Shown: positions 27,354-36,788 of the stretch, in pieces
Layout of the letters: every line of letters starts with the position of its first letter
Numbering within the stretch: position 1 is the stretch's first letter
Sequence record: SRR31156797_7258
Strand: one strand, 5' to 3'
DNA: 45,929 nucleotides
The notes under the pieces: model-generated
The model's input: only the letters and a program-made list of their open reading frames with translations
What the model was told of the DNA's origin: nothing
The model's database searches: none
Position numbers and translations under genes: made by a program

Positions 27354-28229
27354 CTATAATCCTGTTTCCCAATCTCCATGTGCCACCAGGCTAACTTTAC
27401 CTCCAATATTTAGTTCATAATTATCGACCAGTTTTGTTGCATCAATTTTAATAATTGATGGCCTTCCTATTTCATTTCCTTGACCGATATTCAGCCGTAT
27501 TGTGTTTTGATTATAGTAACTTGTTTTAAGTAAATAAGCAGCAAGGCATCCTGCAGCGCTTCCCGTGGCGGGATCTTCAGGAATACCAAGGTAGTCCACA
27601 AATACACGCACCGACAAATCCTGTGTTTTCGCATAGGCTTCCCGGCTAAAAACCAGTATACCCTTCGCCCAGCTTGACTGGATGAAGTTTGCATATTCAC
27701 CGGGATTCACCCTGGCTTTTTTCAAACTATCCATATTTTTTAGGGGAACAATGGTAAAAGGCAGGCCAGTGCTTGTTTCAAGAACTGGGAATTCTGCATC
27801 AATTTCCGATTCGTCAATTCCAAGCACCAAAGCCATGGTTTTTTTCGATAATGCTTCACCAAAGCGAGGCTGTTGCTGCTTCATCCAAAATATATCTTCT
27901 TCAAACTTTACTGGAATCCGACCGATGGAATAGTCCAGGTTAACAAACTCCCTTTTTGATTTTTCCAGAAAATTCCTGATAATAAAGGCAGTGCCTAAGC
28001 TAGGATGTCCTGCAAAACCGATTTCGCTTTCCGGGGTGAAAATCCTTACGGGATAGCCATCCTTTTTAGGCAGCTCAGCTGTAATAAATGTGGTTTCTGA
28101 AAAGTTTATTTCCCTGGCAATTTTTTGCATCTCTTCAGATGATAGTTCCCCATAATCCAGAAAGGTGGCCAATTGGTTTCCGGAGTATTTCTTCTCTCCA
28201 AATACATCCATTATAAAAAACTTCATCAT
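27354..28229 (-). CDS. PhzF family isomerase/epimerase
   Basis: DVF...Y.GNQLA, EINFSET.F, FAGHPSLG, EDPATGSA and QG.E.GRPS. Confidence 0.95.
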   Translation of the reverse strand: MMKFFIMDVFGEKKYSGNQLATFLDYGELSSEEMQKIAREINFSETTFITAELPKKDGYPVRIFTPESEIGFAGHPSLGTAFIIRNFLEKSKREFVNLDYSIGRIPVKFEEDIFWMKQQQPRFGEALSKKTMALVLGIDESEIDAEFPVLETSTGLPFTIVPLKNMDSLKKARVNPGEYANFIQSSWAKGILVFSREAYAKTQDLSVRVFVDYLGIPEDPATGSAAGCLAAYLLKTSYYNQNTIRLNIGQGNEIGRPSIIKIDATKLVDNYELNIGGKVSLVAHGDWETGL

Positions 28230-28256
28230 CTTTGGTTTTAGATTATCGTTTTTATT

Positions 28257-29504
28257 CTATTGTGATATTATTTCATCCAGTAAAAATTCCAATGATCCCA
28301 ACAATCCAATATCCCCGCCCTGGACATCTGTATTCATTTGCAAAGCTGCTGCAATATCATATTCAGGAAAGTACATCATGATGGATCTGGTGCCAACCAT
28401 CAGGCCGGTATGTCCGTATGCGGGTCCGTATTTTGAATCCAGGATAAAGATTCCTGCGCCACAGTTCCAGCCATCATAGACGTTTGAGCCATCGGGGCTG
28501 ATCGTCTGAATAACTGTTCTCATGGAATCTGAAAATGGAGCCCCTTCATAATAAAGTTTTACCCATTTTGCCAGGTCGGATGCAGTACTTACAAATCCTC
28601 CACCTGCATTTTCCATCTGCGGATTGAATTTGCAAACGCCATCCACAAAAACGGGCCCAGGCATTTGGAACACCTCTTCTTTGGAATAGGTGTTTGCGGC
28701 ATTTGGAAATGTCCTTTTATCAGCAGCATAAGTATACTTTAATCCCAGTGGGTTAAGTACCCTTTCCTGCATGGCATCATAAAAATATTTTCCCGCGATT
28801 TTTTCAATCAACATACCCAGGAGTAAATATCCGGTGTCAGAATAAGCAAATCCTTCGCCCGCAGGGTTGACCGCGGTATCACCAAAAACAAATGATAACC
28901 GGTCTTTGTATGACCAAACTTTGTCCGGATTATCTTTAGCAATTTGCCAAACTTCTTCTTTAAATGCATAACGGGGAAGTCCGGAACGGTGCTGCATCAG
29001 ATGAAGAACCGTAAAATCATTGATATTGGGCAGCTTCCTGAGCCATTCCAGATCGGGAAAGTATTCAATGAATTTCTTGTTCAGATCAATTGAGCCCTCA
29101 TCCACAAGCTGGGCAATTACTGCAATGGCATAGGTTTTTCCAATGCTTCCGGAAAACATGCAATGCGCCGGAGACATTCGTTCACCTTTCTCCAGATCTG
29201 CATATCCGGTAGTATAGCTTTCTTGATTTCCATCCCGGTAAATGATGGAGAAGTTCATGCCGGGGGCTTCACTGATTTCGCACAGTTCCAATAGTTTATG
29301 TTCTACTGCATTTTGGGCAAAAGCTACATATGTAGAAAATACTGAAATGAAAAAGATGTGAATGAGGATCACTATAATTTTTATCCTTCTGGCTTTATTC
29401 CTGACAATCATTTTTATTGGATAATCCTGCTCGTTTAATTCTGCAACCATGTGTTTCCCTAAATAGCCTGTGGCACCTGCCAATAATATCTTCTTGTTTT
29501 TCAT
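28257..29504 (-). CDS. Serine hydrolase (beta-lactamase family) with a fused N-terminal Rossmann-fold stub
   Basis: SIGK (SxxK), HRSGL, YSD and GHTG; the first ~37 aa are an NAD(P)-binding start (LAGATGYLG) placed before an internal signal peptide. Confidence 0.88.
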   Translation of the reverse strand: MKNKKILLAGATGYLGKHMVAELNEQDYPIKMIVRNKARRIKIIVILIHIFFISVFSTYVAFAQNAVEHKLLELCEISEAPGMNFSIIYRDGNQESYTTGYADLEKGERMSPAHCMFSGSIGKTYAIAVIAQLVDEGSIDLNKKFIEYFPDLEWLRKLPNINDFTVLHLMQHRSGLPRYAFKEEVWQIAKDNPDKVWSYKDRLSFVFGDTAVNPAGEGFAYSDTGYLLLGMLIEKIAGKYFYDAMQERVLNPLGLKYTYAADKRTFPNAANTYSKEEVFQMPGPVFVDGVCKFNPQMENAGGGFVSTASDLAKWVKLYYEGAPFSDSMRTVIQTISPDGSNVYDGWNCGAGIFILDSKYGPAYGHTGLMVGTRSIMMYFPEYDIAAALQMNTDVQGGDIGLLGSLEFLLDEIISQ

Positions 29505-29515
29505 TATAATTATTG

Positions 29516-30190
29516 TTAGAATCTATAACCAATTCCCAAATTCACATGCATTGGAGAACCTCCATAGCTGTTAAATTTTTCAGTGACGGGAAATTTCAGT
29601 TCCACATGTGCGTCTAACCTATCTATAAAAGTATAGCCTCCCTCAATCCCAAACTGAAACATACCACCAGCACCTTTATACCAGCCATCCACAACATCTT
29701 CGTAGTAAGTTTCTCTATAAAAATTAGTATGCTCAGTATGATTCAAATAGATTTTTTCATACTCAGCAGTTAATGCCATAAACCACTTAGGCTTGTACAA
29801 ACCGAAAGCTATTTCATCTGCAACAGCAAATTTCTGTGATTTAAAGTTTTTAGCGGATAAGCTTCCTGCAGAGAAATTCAAATTATTTACAATTTTAAAA
29901 TTCCCTTTTTCAAAAACCGGTAGTATTCCGCCTAATTTAATTTCGTTGTTGCTGAAATTAGCAATTGATGATCCATATTCTGCATAGGCAACCAGGTTTT
30001 GCTTCATAAAGCCCAACTCAATTTTACGCTCATATCCAAATGTAAGCATGGTGGCAGGCTCTATGCCTATCCTCAAATATGCCCTGTTATTTATAGCAGA
30101 GTCGTTATTTATTATGGTTTGTGATATCAACTGGTTTAAAGATAACATCATCGTCAACACAATCAAAATGATTTTTATTTTTTTCATCAT
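29516..30190 (-). CDS. Putative outer-membrane beta-barrel protein (paralog of 31282-31956)
   Basis: Signal peptide, YYE.V.DGWY...GG.F.FG, C-terminal LGIGYRF. Confidence 0.75.
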   Translation of the reverse strand: MMKKIKIILIVLTMMLSLNQLISQTIINNDSAINNRAYLRIGIEPATMLTFGYERKIELGFMKQNLVAYAEYGSSIANFSNNEIKLGGILPVFEKGNFKIVNNLNFSAGSLSAKNFKSQKFAVADEIAFGLYKPKWFMALTAEYEKIYLNHTEHTNFYRETYYEDVVDGWYKGAGGMFQFGIEGGYTFIDRLDAHVELKFPVTEKFNSYGGSPMHVNLGIGYRF

Positions 30191-30197
30191 TTCCTGT

Positions 30198-31271
30198 TTA
30201 GTCGTTTTCAAAAAAATTTCTGATTTGCATTGCTACAGCATCGGCATCTTCCCATGGCCCTGTATGTCCAACGCCCGGTATTGTAACCAATTCTTTCTGA
30301 GGAAAATATTGCATTTGCTGATCGGCGTATTCCGGTAATTCATTCAGCACATTTTCACTTCCAATAAATAAAAATCTTCCCTGAAATGAATTGAGATTTG
30401 ATGTGATATCGAAATTGTCTGATTCGATAAAATCCAGGTTATCATCGATCAGCAGGGCTCCGGAGCGCCAGTAAGGAGTATTGGGATCTGCGTGAAATTC
30501 AGGTTGGGATTTATCGGATTGACTTACATTCATCATATATTGATAATCAGCCCTTTCATGGCCATCAGGTGTAAAATGATCATGTGAAAGCAAATATTCT
30601 TCCAACCATTCCTTTCCAACTTGGCTCAACAAAAATGTTGTATTATCTATAATATAATCCCAAACTTCCTTTGATAAAGGACCTGGCTCAAAAGCAACAA
30701 TATCTTTTACTTTTTCTGGATATTGGTTAATATAACCGGTAGCCAAAGTTCCGCCATACGACCAGGCAAACAGATATACCTTAGCATCAGCTATTCCTGT
30801 TTCATTTTCTTTTTTCTGCAGGTAATAATCAATAATGTCGTTTAAATCCTCAACATACAGGTCAAAGCTTAATTCACCCGACTCAAAACGTGGCGACAGT
30901 CCGCCCCCACGCTGGTCGTAAAACACACAGAAATATTGATCCTGAAGCTGGCTTAATCCGCCATTGGTTATTGTTCTATCCTCCGGATATCGGGAAGCAT
31001 TCTCCGCTCCTTTTTCGCTGATCAAGGCACGGTAATCACTTCCCGGTCCTCCATGAAGGAAAATGAGAATGGGGTTTTCGATGTTCCCCATGGTTTCGGC
31101 ATGGAAGGTTTTTCCATTGAGCTGAAGCCTGGGCAGCAAAGGATCTTCCATTACTGTTTTGGGAACCAGGTTGCCCGGCTCGTCCATGTCGTGAACCTTC
31201 TCACAACTACTTGTTATTATTGCAATCGCAATGAACAAGCTTCCTATAATTCCTGAGTTAAATATTTTCAT
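30198..31271 (-). CDS. Alpha/beta hydrolase lipoprotein (prolyl aminopeptidase S33-like)
   Basis: Lipobox TSSC, HGGPG, FYDQRG, AWSYG nucleophile and GVGH; start MKIFNSG. Confidence 0.88.
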   Translation of the reverse strand: MKIFNSGIIGSLFIAIAIITSSCEKVHDMDEPGNLVPKTVMEDPLLPRLQLNGKTFHAETMGNIENPILIFLHGGPGSDYRALISEKGAENASRYPEDRTITNGGLSQLQDQYFCVFYDQRGGGLSPRFESGELSFDLYVEDLNDIIDYYLQKKENETGIADAKVYLFAWSYGGTLATGYINQYPEKVKDIVAFEPGPLSKEVWDYIIDNTTFLLSQVGKEWLEEYLLSHDHFTPDGHERADYQYMMNVSQSDKSQPEFHADPNTPYWRSGALLIDDNLDFIESDNFDITSNLNSFQGRFLFIGSENVLNELPEYADQQMQYFPQKELVTIPGVGHTGPWEDADAVAMQIRNFFEND

Positions 31272-31281
31272 TGTTTCTGGT

Positions 31282-31956
31282 TTAAAATGATTTGCTGACA
31301 CCAAATTTTGCATAAAACGGCATGGTTGGATTGTCTTTAAAATTCTGTCCCAATGTTTTGCCTAAATGCAGAAAAAGGTTGATGGATTTAATATTTGCCT
31401 GAGCCTGGACGCCAAATTTGAAATTGCCCCCTGCGGTATTATACCAACCATCCAGTATTTCCGGATAGTATTCTTTCGTAAGATGGTTTTCAATCTTGGT
31501 TACCTCTGAACGTTCATAAGCCAACTCAGCTGCTATTCCCCATTTTGGTTTCTGATAAGCAAATAAGGTTGACAGGCTTGAACCAAAATTCAACAGACTG
31601 GCAATTTCCGATTTGAATTTATTGGTATGAATCGAAACCCTGGCCGACCACCATAAATTATTGTGTTCCCATAACTGTGACTGAAGACCGACTCTGGCAT
31701 TCCAGTCATCGAAAGTGTTTTCGCCAAAAGGGGCATTGAAACTTGCATCAACAATCAGAGGTAGATATTTATTGGAAATGCTATATCCATAGCTTAGTCC
31801 GTAGTTGGTGCTGTAATCTGCACCAAGATTCATCGTAATAAAATGCTTTTTTCCTTCAGCTACTTCTGTCCAACTAATATCCTGGGCATTTATTAAGCCA
31901 GCATTCATTACGAGCAGGAGAGTAAGTGTTATAATTATTTTATTCATTGGTTTCAT
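31282..31956 (-). CDS. Putative outer-membrane beta-barrel protein (paralog of 29516-30190)
   Basis: Signal peptide ...INAQD, YYPEILDGWY...GG.F.FG, C-terminal FGVSKSF. Confidence 0.75.
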   Translation of the reverse strand: MKPMNKIIITLTLLLVMNAGLINAQDISWTEVAEGKKHFITMNLGADYSTNYGLSYGYSISNKYLPLIVDASFNAPFGENTFDDWNARVGLQSQLWEHNNLWWSARVSIHTNKFKSEIASLLNFGSSLSTLFAYQKPKWGIAAELAYERSEVTKIENHLTKEYYPEILDGWYNTAGGNFKFGVQAQANIKSINLFLHLGKTLGQNFKDNPTMPFYAKFGVSKSF

Positions 31957-31972
31957 TTTGTGTATGTTTTGA

Positions 31973-32968
31973 TTATTGTTGAATTTCATTTAAATAGTTT
32001 AATACTTTGGGATACATCTCATCCCAGCCGAAATAAAACATTTCGTGGCCTACACCCAATACAATTTCTATTTCCTTGTTTGGAAAAGGAGCAGCAACTT
32101 CTTCAGCCCAGTCTTTACCATATGCTTCGTTCCATTTACTGTACATAAAAAGCACCTTTGGATTATAATTCCCCAGATTATTTTTGAAATCGAATCCGTG
32201 TTCAGACACATAATCGTGTGAAGCACTATGTGCAACGGCACCACTTCTCCAGAATGGATAAGGGCCAGGATTACCTATGGTATTTCCCTCGGCTGTTTCG
32301 AATGAAATGAAAAAACTTGCCTTATAATCTAAAATCTCATGTTCGCTCCTGCCGGCAAAAATCTGATCTGGAAATATGGCATCATTGGTTGCTTCTTCAA
32401 AAAATGCAACCTGGTTGGACTTTGCTAAATAATCCTCCATCTGATCAAATGTCAATCCGCCTGGCTCAGCCAAAATTAATCCATCAATAGCTTCGGGATA
32501 TTCGTTTACATAGCCGGCAGCAAGCATTGAACCCCAGGAGTGGGTAAGCAGTATTACTTTTTGACTATCATTGGTGCAATAGTGATCGATTACTGCTTCC
32601 AGATCATCAAAGTACATTTGTACAGTGAATTCGTCAGCATCATGACGCTGTGATAAACCAGATCCACGTTGATCGTAAAAAACCACATAATAACCATCGT
32701 CAACCAAATCGCGGCTGCAAAGTAATGATCGGTAATCTCCACCAGGTCCACCGTGCAGCACTACAATCATAGGATCTTCAGGATTTCCAAAAGCTTCTGA
32801 ATGAAGCATGGTGCCATTTACTGTAATGGCAGGCAATGACGGGTCTTCATCAACCGTCATGGGGACTAAAAGTCCCGGTTCATCCATATCATAAAAATCA
32901 TCTTTACTGCATCCAAAAAGTAATATGGATGTCCAGATAATAATTGATAATTTAATTAATTGTTTCAT
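31973..32968 (-). CDS. Alpha/beta hydrolase lipoprotein (prolyl aminopeptidase S33-like)
   Basis: Lipobox LFGC, HGGPGG, FYDQRGSG, THSWG and GVGH; start MKQLIKL. Confidence 0.9.
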   Translation of the reverse strand: MKQLIKLSIIIWTSILLFGCSKDDFYDMDEPGLLVPMTVDEDPSLPAITVNGTMLHSEAFGNPEDPMIVVLHGGPGGDYRSLLCSRDLVDDGYYVVFYDQRGSGLSQRHDADEFTVQMYFDDLEAVIDHYCTNDSQKVILLTHSWGSMLAAGYVNEYPEAIDGLILAEPGGLTFDQMEDYLAKSNQVAFFEEATNDAIFPDQIFAGRSEHEILDYKASFFISFETAEGNTIGNPGPYPFWRSGAVAHSASHDYVSEHGFDFKNNLGNYNPKVLFMYSKWNEAYGKDWAEEVAAPFPNKEIEIVLGVGHEMFYFGWDEMYPKVLNYLNEIQQ

Positions 32969-32993
32969 TTTATTTGTTTTTTGTTTATTTCTA

Positions 32994-33221
32994 TTATTTG
33001 TTTTCATGATTATTTTTTCTTCTTTCAATTTTTTCCACTGTTAAAAGTTTCAGGTTTAGATCCCTTATCTTATTGATGGTTCCGAAAATAAATGCATCGT
33101 CTCTTGCATCTCCCATTAAGATAGTGTGGTCATCTTCGATAATAATTTCGAGGCCATCAAACCAATCTTTCCAGGTGGAATCAAGGTGTCCTTTGATCTT
33201 TATTTTAATTGTGCTGTTCAT
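32994..33221 (-). CDS. Small ACT-like protein typically found after MalT-like regulators
   Basis: IKIKGHLD..W.DWF.GL.I......T.L.G...D.A...G...KIRDL.L.L..V pattern; start MNSTIK. Confidence 0.75.
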   Translation of the reverse strand: MNSTIKIKIKGHLDSTWKDWFDGLEIIIEDDHTILMGDARDDAFIFGTINKIRDLNLKLLTVEKIERRKNNHENK

Positions 33222-33246
33222 TTTATTATTGCTTAATGAATCGTTA

Positions 33247-33306
33247 CAAAGGACGCCCTCATACGCCAAAAAAAAATCACCCGCTGGGGTGATTTAAGCG
33301 GGTGAT
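33247..33306 (-). promoter_or_regulatory. Triple-box operator and promoter of the long cargo operon
   Basis: Plus strand: ATCACCC(33276-33282)-N4-GGGTGAT(33287-33293)-N6-GGGTGAT(33300-33306); degenerate -7 box GTCCTTTG (33247-33254) 21 bp away. Confidence 0.75.
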
Positions 33307-33338
33307 TTATATTATTGAGCTAAATAAAATATCTGTAA

Positions 33339-36005
33339 TCAGATGATTCTGAGTTCTTTTGCCTTATTAACGGCATCATTTCGGTTGTCCACTTCAAGTT
33401 TTAGGTTGATGTTTTTCAGGTGGGTTTTTACGGTGTTTAATGAAATAAACGATTCATCGGCAATTTGCTGGTTGGAATAATCATTGGCCAATAATCTCAG
33501 GATATCCAGTTCCCGTGTGCTTAGTGCGTTTTCGATATTATTGATTGTTTTCTTTTCATTTTCAAATCCCTTTAGCAAAAGGTTTAGATAATCTGTTGAA
33601 ATTGCATCTAAAATTTCATTTGACTTAATTGCTTTTTCTTTTTTTATTTCCTTTAGAATCTTTTCAATTTCAATGCCTTCATTCAAATACAGTCTAACCA
33701 ATCCTTCACTTTGGGTAAGAATTAACAATTCTCTGATACTGTTAATCGCATCATCATTTTTTCCTGTCCTGGTGAATAGCTGTACTTTCATTATTTCCAC
33801 TTCAGCAAATAAATCTGTTATCTTGTTATTCTTTAGCTTCAAAGAAAGTTCTTCAAGAATAGCGGCCGCTTTTTGGTATTTATTAAAAGAAATGAAATAA
33901 CGAGCACTTGCTATACCGTATAAAAAGTACTCAATTGGATTATTATTTGTTGGGTTAATTAGCTGTTTGTATAATGAATCAGCTTCTTTTTTCATGCCTA
34001 ATTGCGAAAACAACTTTAGCTTTAAAGCAAATGATAACACGGCTAGCCAATGTCTGGAATTATACAAAAGTCTAGTGTACTGCTTTTCAATAGTTTCCAG
34101 TGCTGTCTTTATTTTACCGGCTTTATAATAACTTTCAGCCAATATTAATAATCCGACGCCTTTGAATGACATACTCACCAGGTTCTGTGATCGTTCATAA
34201 CCTGTTACTGCATGTTCGATACCTGATGTTGTGTTTCCCTGTTCGGTGTATATAAACCCAATTGTTGAATACAATATTGATGAATACAGGTTAAACTTAA
34301 ATCCTTCTGTATGCTTTGTCACTTCATACTTTTCAAGTAGCTCATGGCATATCTTAAGTGATTCATGATATTTCCCCTGAAGTTTTGAGAAATATGAATA
34401 ATGGAATGTTTGTACAATTTCTAAATATGTATTATCGACATTCGCTGCATAGTCCAATCCGATAAAAAATGAAGATGTGCATTTTGCAAGGTCGAACTGC
34501 AATAATTCAGATAATCCCTTTCCATAGTACGCCCATGAGTTCCAAACATTGTCATTATCATTCAAATGCTTGATGGATAGATTAGCAAAAGATGTTGCAC
34601 TTTCTAAATCACCCATGTAATCTTTAAGAAGGGTGTTGGTTATATAGAGCCTTCCCAATAGTTCCTTGTTCTTATTTTTTACGTTTTCATCATGTACCAA
34701 CACATTCAGTTTATCTAAAAACTCCTGGGCTTCATTCAATCTTCCTACAATTATTAAAGTCCATGCATGCATAACACCGAACTTCAAATTTGAGAAAACT
34801 TCTTTCTCAGGAAAAAGATCAGCAAATTTTAAAACCAGGGTGTATTGAGAAGTTGCTATCAGGTGATCAATAATTTCATCAATGAGTTCAAGGCCTTTCT
34901 TAATATTTCCTGCTTTTAGTGTGTGCTCTATCGCTGATAAAGGAAAATCATTTTGTTCAAACCAGATTCCGGCATTTTGATGCAAGCTTTGAATACGGTC
35001 CTTATAGTTTTGGTTTAGCCTCTGCATTAATAAATCAGCAAAAAGATGATGATATCGATACCATTTTCTCTCATTATCCAAAGGAATAAGAAACATATTT
35101 CCTTTATCAAGCATTTCCAGTAAGTGCTGACTATTATCTTTCCCGAGCACCGCATCACAAAGCGATCCTGACAAACGATCAAAAATGGATGTACAAAGAA
35201 GAAATTCCCGCATTTCATCATTTTGAATACTTAGAATCTCTTCCATAAGGTAATCCATAATATACTTATTGTTACCTGCTAACTGTTCTATGTATTCAGA
35301 AATATTATCTTGTCCTTTAAAAGTCAAAAACACCAACTGTAATCCGGCAATCCATCCTTCCGTTTTTCTTTTAAGCAAGTCAATATCCTTATCGCTTAAA
35401 CTAAATTTAAGCTTTCGGTTAAATAATTCACCAATATCGGTCTTCGTGAAACTTAATTCCGCTGATCTTATCTCAACAATTTCATTCTGACTTCTGATTC
35501 TGGAAAGAGGAATTTGAGGGTCTTGTCGGGTAATAATTACAAAATGAATGTTTTTAGGGCGATTCTCCAGCAAGAAAAGTAGAATGTCTGAAATTTGCTG
35601 ATTATGAATTAAATGAAAATCATCTAACACGATTAGAATATCATCTTCGATTGGCAAGAGTTCATTAATAAATGACTCAACAATATAGCTTATTTTAATG
35701 GTGTCTGATGATTTGAGTAATTCCAGGGAGTTATCACCAATACTATTATTTATGTTTCGAATGCTGTTAAATAAATACTTTAAAAATACTACTTGATCAT
35801 TATCTCCTTCATCTAAGGAATACCAGGCAGTTTGAAAATCATGTTTATGAATCCAATTACTAACAAGCGTTGTTTTTCCATACCCTGCAGTTGCTGAAAC
35901 CAAAATGAGCTTTCTTTTCAGTCCTTCGTCAAGCTTATCGAATAATGCAGAACGATGAATAATGTTTTCACCTGTTTGTGGGATATGTAATTTAGTTAGC
36001 AGCAT
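33339..36005 (-). CDS. MalT-like STAND ATPase-TPR-LuxR transcriptional regulator
   Basis: MLLTKL..P, A.AGYGKTT Walker A, LVLDDFH Walker B, TEGWIAGLQL, WYRYHHLF and C-terminal LSTRE...ISLNTVKTHLKNI..KL LuxR HTH; 888 aa. Confidence 0.95.
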   Translation of the reverse strand: MLLTKLHIPQTGENIIHRSALFDKLDEGLKRKLILVSATAGYGKTTLVSNWIHKHDFQTAWYSLDEGDNDQVVFLKYLFNSIRNINNSIGDNSLELLKSSDTIKISYIVESFINELLPIEDDILIVLDDFHLIHNQQISDILLFLLENRPKNIHFVIITRQDPQIPLSRIRSQNEIVEIRSAELSFTKTDIGELFNRKLKFSLSDKDIDLLKRKTEGWIAGLQLVFLTFKGQDNISEYIEQLAGNNKYIMDYLMEEILSIQNDEMREFLLCTSIFDRLSGSLCDAVLGKDNSQHLLEMLDKGNMFLIPLDNERKWYRYHHLFADLLMQRLNQNYKDRIQSLHQNAGIWFEQNDFPLSAIEHTLKAGNIKKGLELIDEIIDHLIATSQYTLVLKFADLFPEKEVFSNLKFGVMHAWTLIIVGRLNEAQEFLDKLNVLVHDENVKNKNKELLGRLYITNTLLKDYMGDLESATSFANLSIKHLNDNDNVWNSWAYYGKGLSELLQFDLAKCTSSFFIGLDYAANVDNTYLEIVQTFHYSYFSKLQGKYHESLKICHELLEKYEVTKHTEGFKFNLYSSILYSTIGFIYTEQGNTTSGIEHAVTGYERSQNLVSMSFKGVGLLILAESYYKAGKIKTALETIEKQYTRLLYNSRHWLAVLSFALKLKLFSQLGMKKEADSLYKQLINPTNNNPIEYFLYGIASARYFISFNKYQKAAAILEELSLKLKNNKITDLFAEVEIMKVQLFTRTGKNDDAINSIRELLILTQSEGLVRLYLNEGIEIEKILKEIKKEKAIKSNEILDAISTDYLNLLLKGFENEKKTINNIENALSTRELDILRLLANDYSNQQIADESFISLNTVKTHLKNINLKLEVDNRNDAVNKAKELRII

Positions 36006-36172
36006 GAAATTAAAATTCTCTGCTAATTTAACGTTTTTAAAATATCCAGGACAGCAATAGTTGGTTTGTTACAGCCAGTATATTATTTGAGGAAACTTCA
36101 AACTAATCTTCTTACCTACTAAAGTTCTTTTACCATCCTTATAAATACAGGTCTTCTTTTCAAAAATTTAGG

Positions 36173-36759
36173 CTAGCAGGAAAATATTTTCATACCAAAT
36201 TTAGTATCGCTTCTTATTGCTTTTATATTCTTACTTGCAACACCCAACAACAAAGTTCTACATCTTTTTTTAACAGCTATTTTTACAGAATGTTTCATTA
36301 ACCTATGTCCAAGCCCTTTGCCCCGCATTTCATTGCTAACTGTTATGGATTGAAGGTAATAATCCTCTTTCCCGTGCGGGCCAAGAAAACGTGACAGTAC
36401 TTTTCCAACTAGTGAAAACATCCTTGTTCTTCCTTTTGCTCCTTTGTGGAATTGAGACAGAACGTTTTTCGTAAATCCTTCTTTTTCGGCCAACGAATAA
36501 CCCGATGCAATTCCAATAATTTTGCTATCATCTTCAATCACAGACACATTCTCAAAGGAATATTCATTTTTTGGCTTAACAAATGCATCTGCAATAATTT
36601 CATAGGTTTTCTTCCAAGCAAAGATTTAAAGAATCCTTCTGAAGCTACATCAAAAAACCAGGCAAAAACAAGACCTTCTTCTAAATCTGGCTTTGCTTTT
36701 CTAATAATAAGATTATCATGCTGAAGATTGCCACTGAATATTTCTGAATCCTCTGACAT
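36173..36759 (-). pseudogene. Frameshifted GNAT acetyltransferase
   Basis: ORFs 36538-36759 and 36173-36547 join if one A is restored at the A4 run (36607-36610), giving ...GRKTYEIIADAF...YSFENV; contains RGKGLG; C-terminus looks eroded. Confidence 0.8.
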
Positions 36760-36788
36760 TTAGTATTTTTTATTAATGATTCAATTTG

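Noticed and set aside
21816-29504. Calling the two serine hydrolases true beta-lactamases
   Set aside because: The SxxK fold is shared with esterases, amidases and peptidases; the class-specific motifs needed to claim antibiotic resistance are not evident.
16889-33221. Integron cassette array
   Set aside because: Gaps are too short, several genes overlap, and there is no recurring attC-like palindrome or IntI gene.
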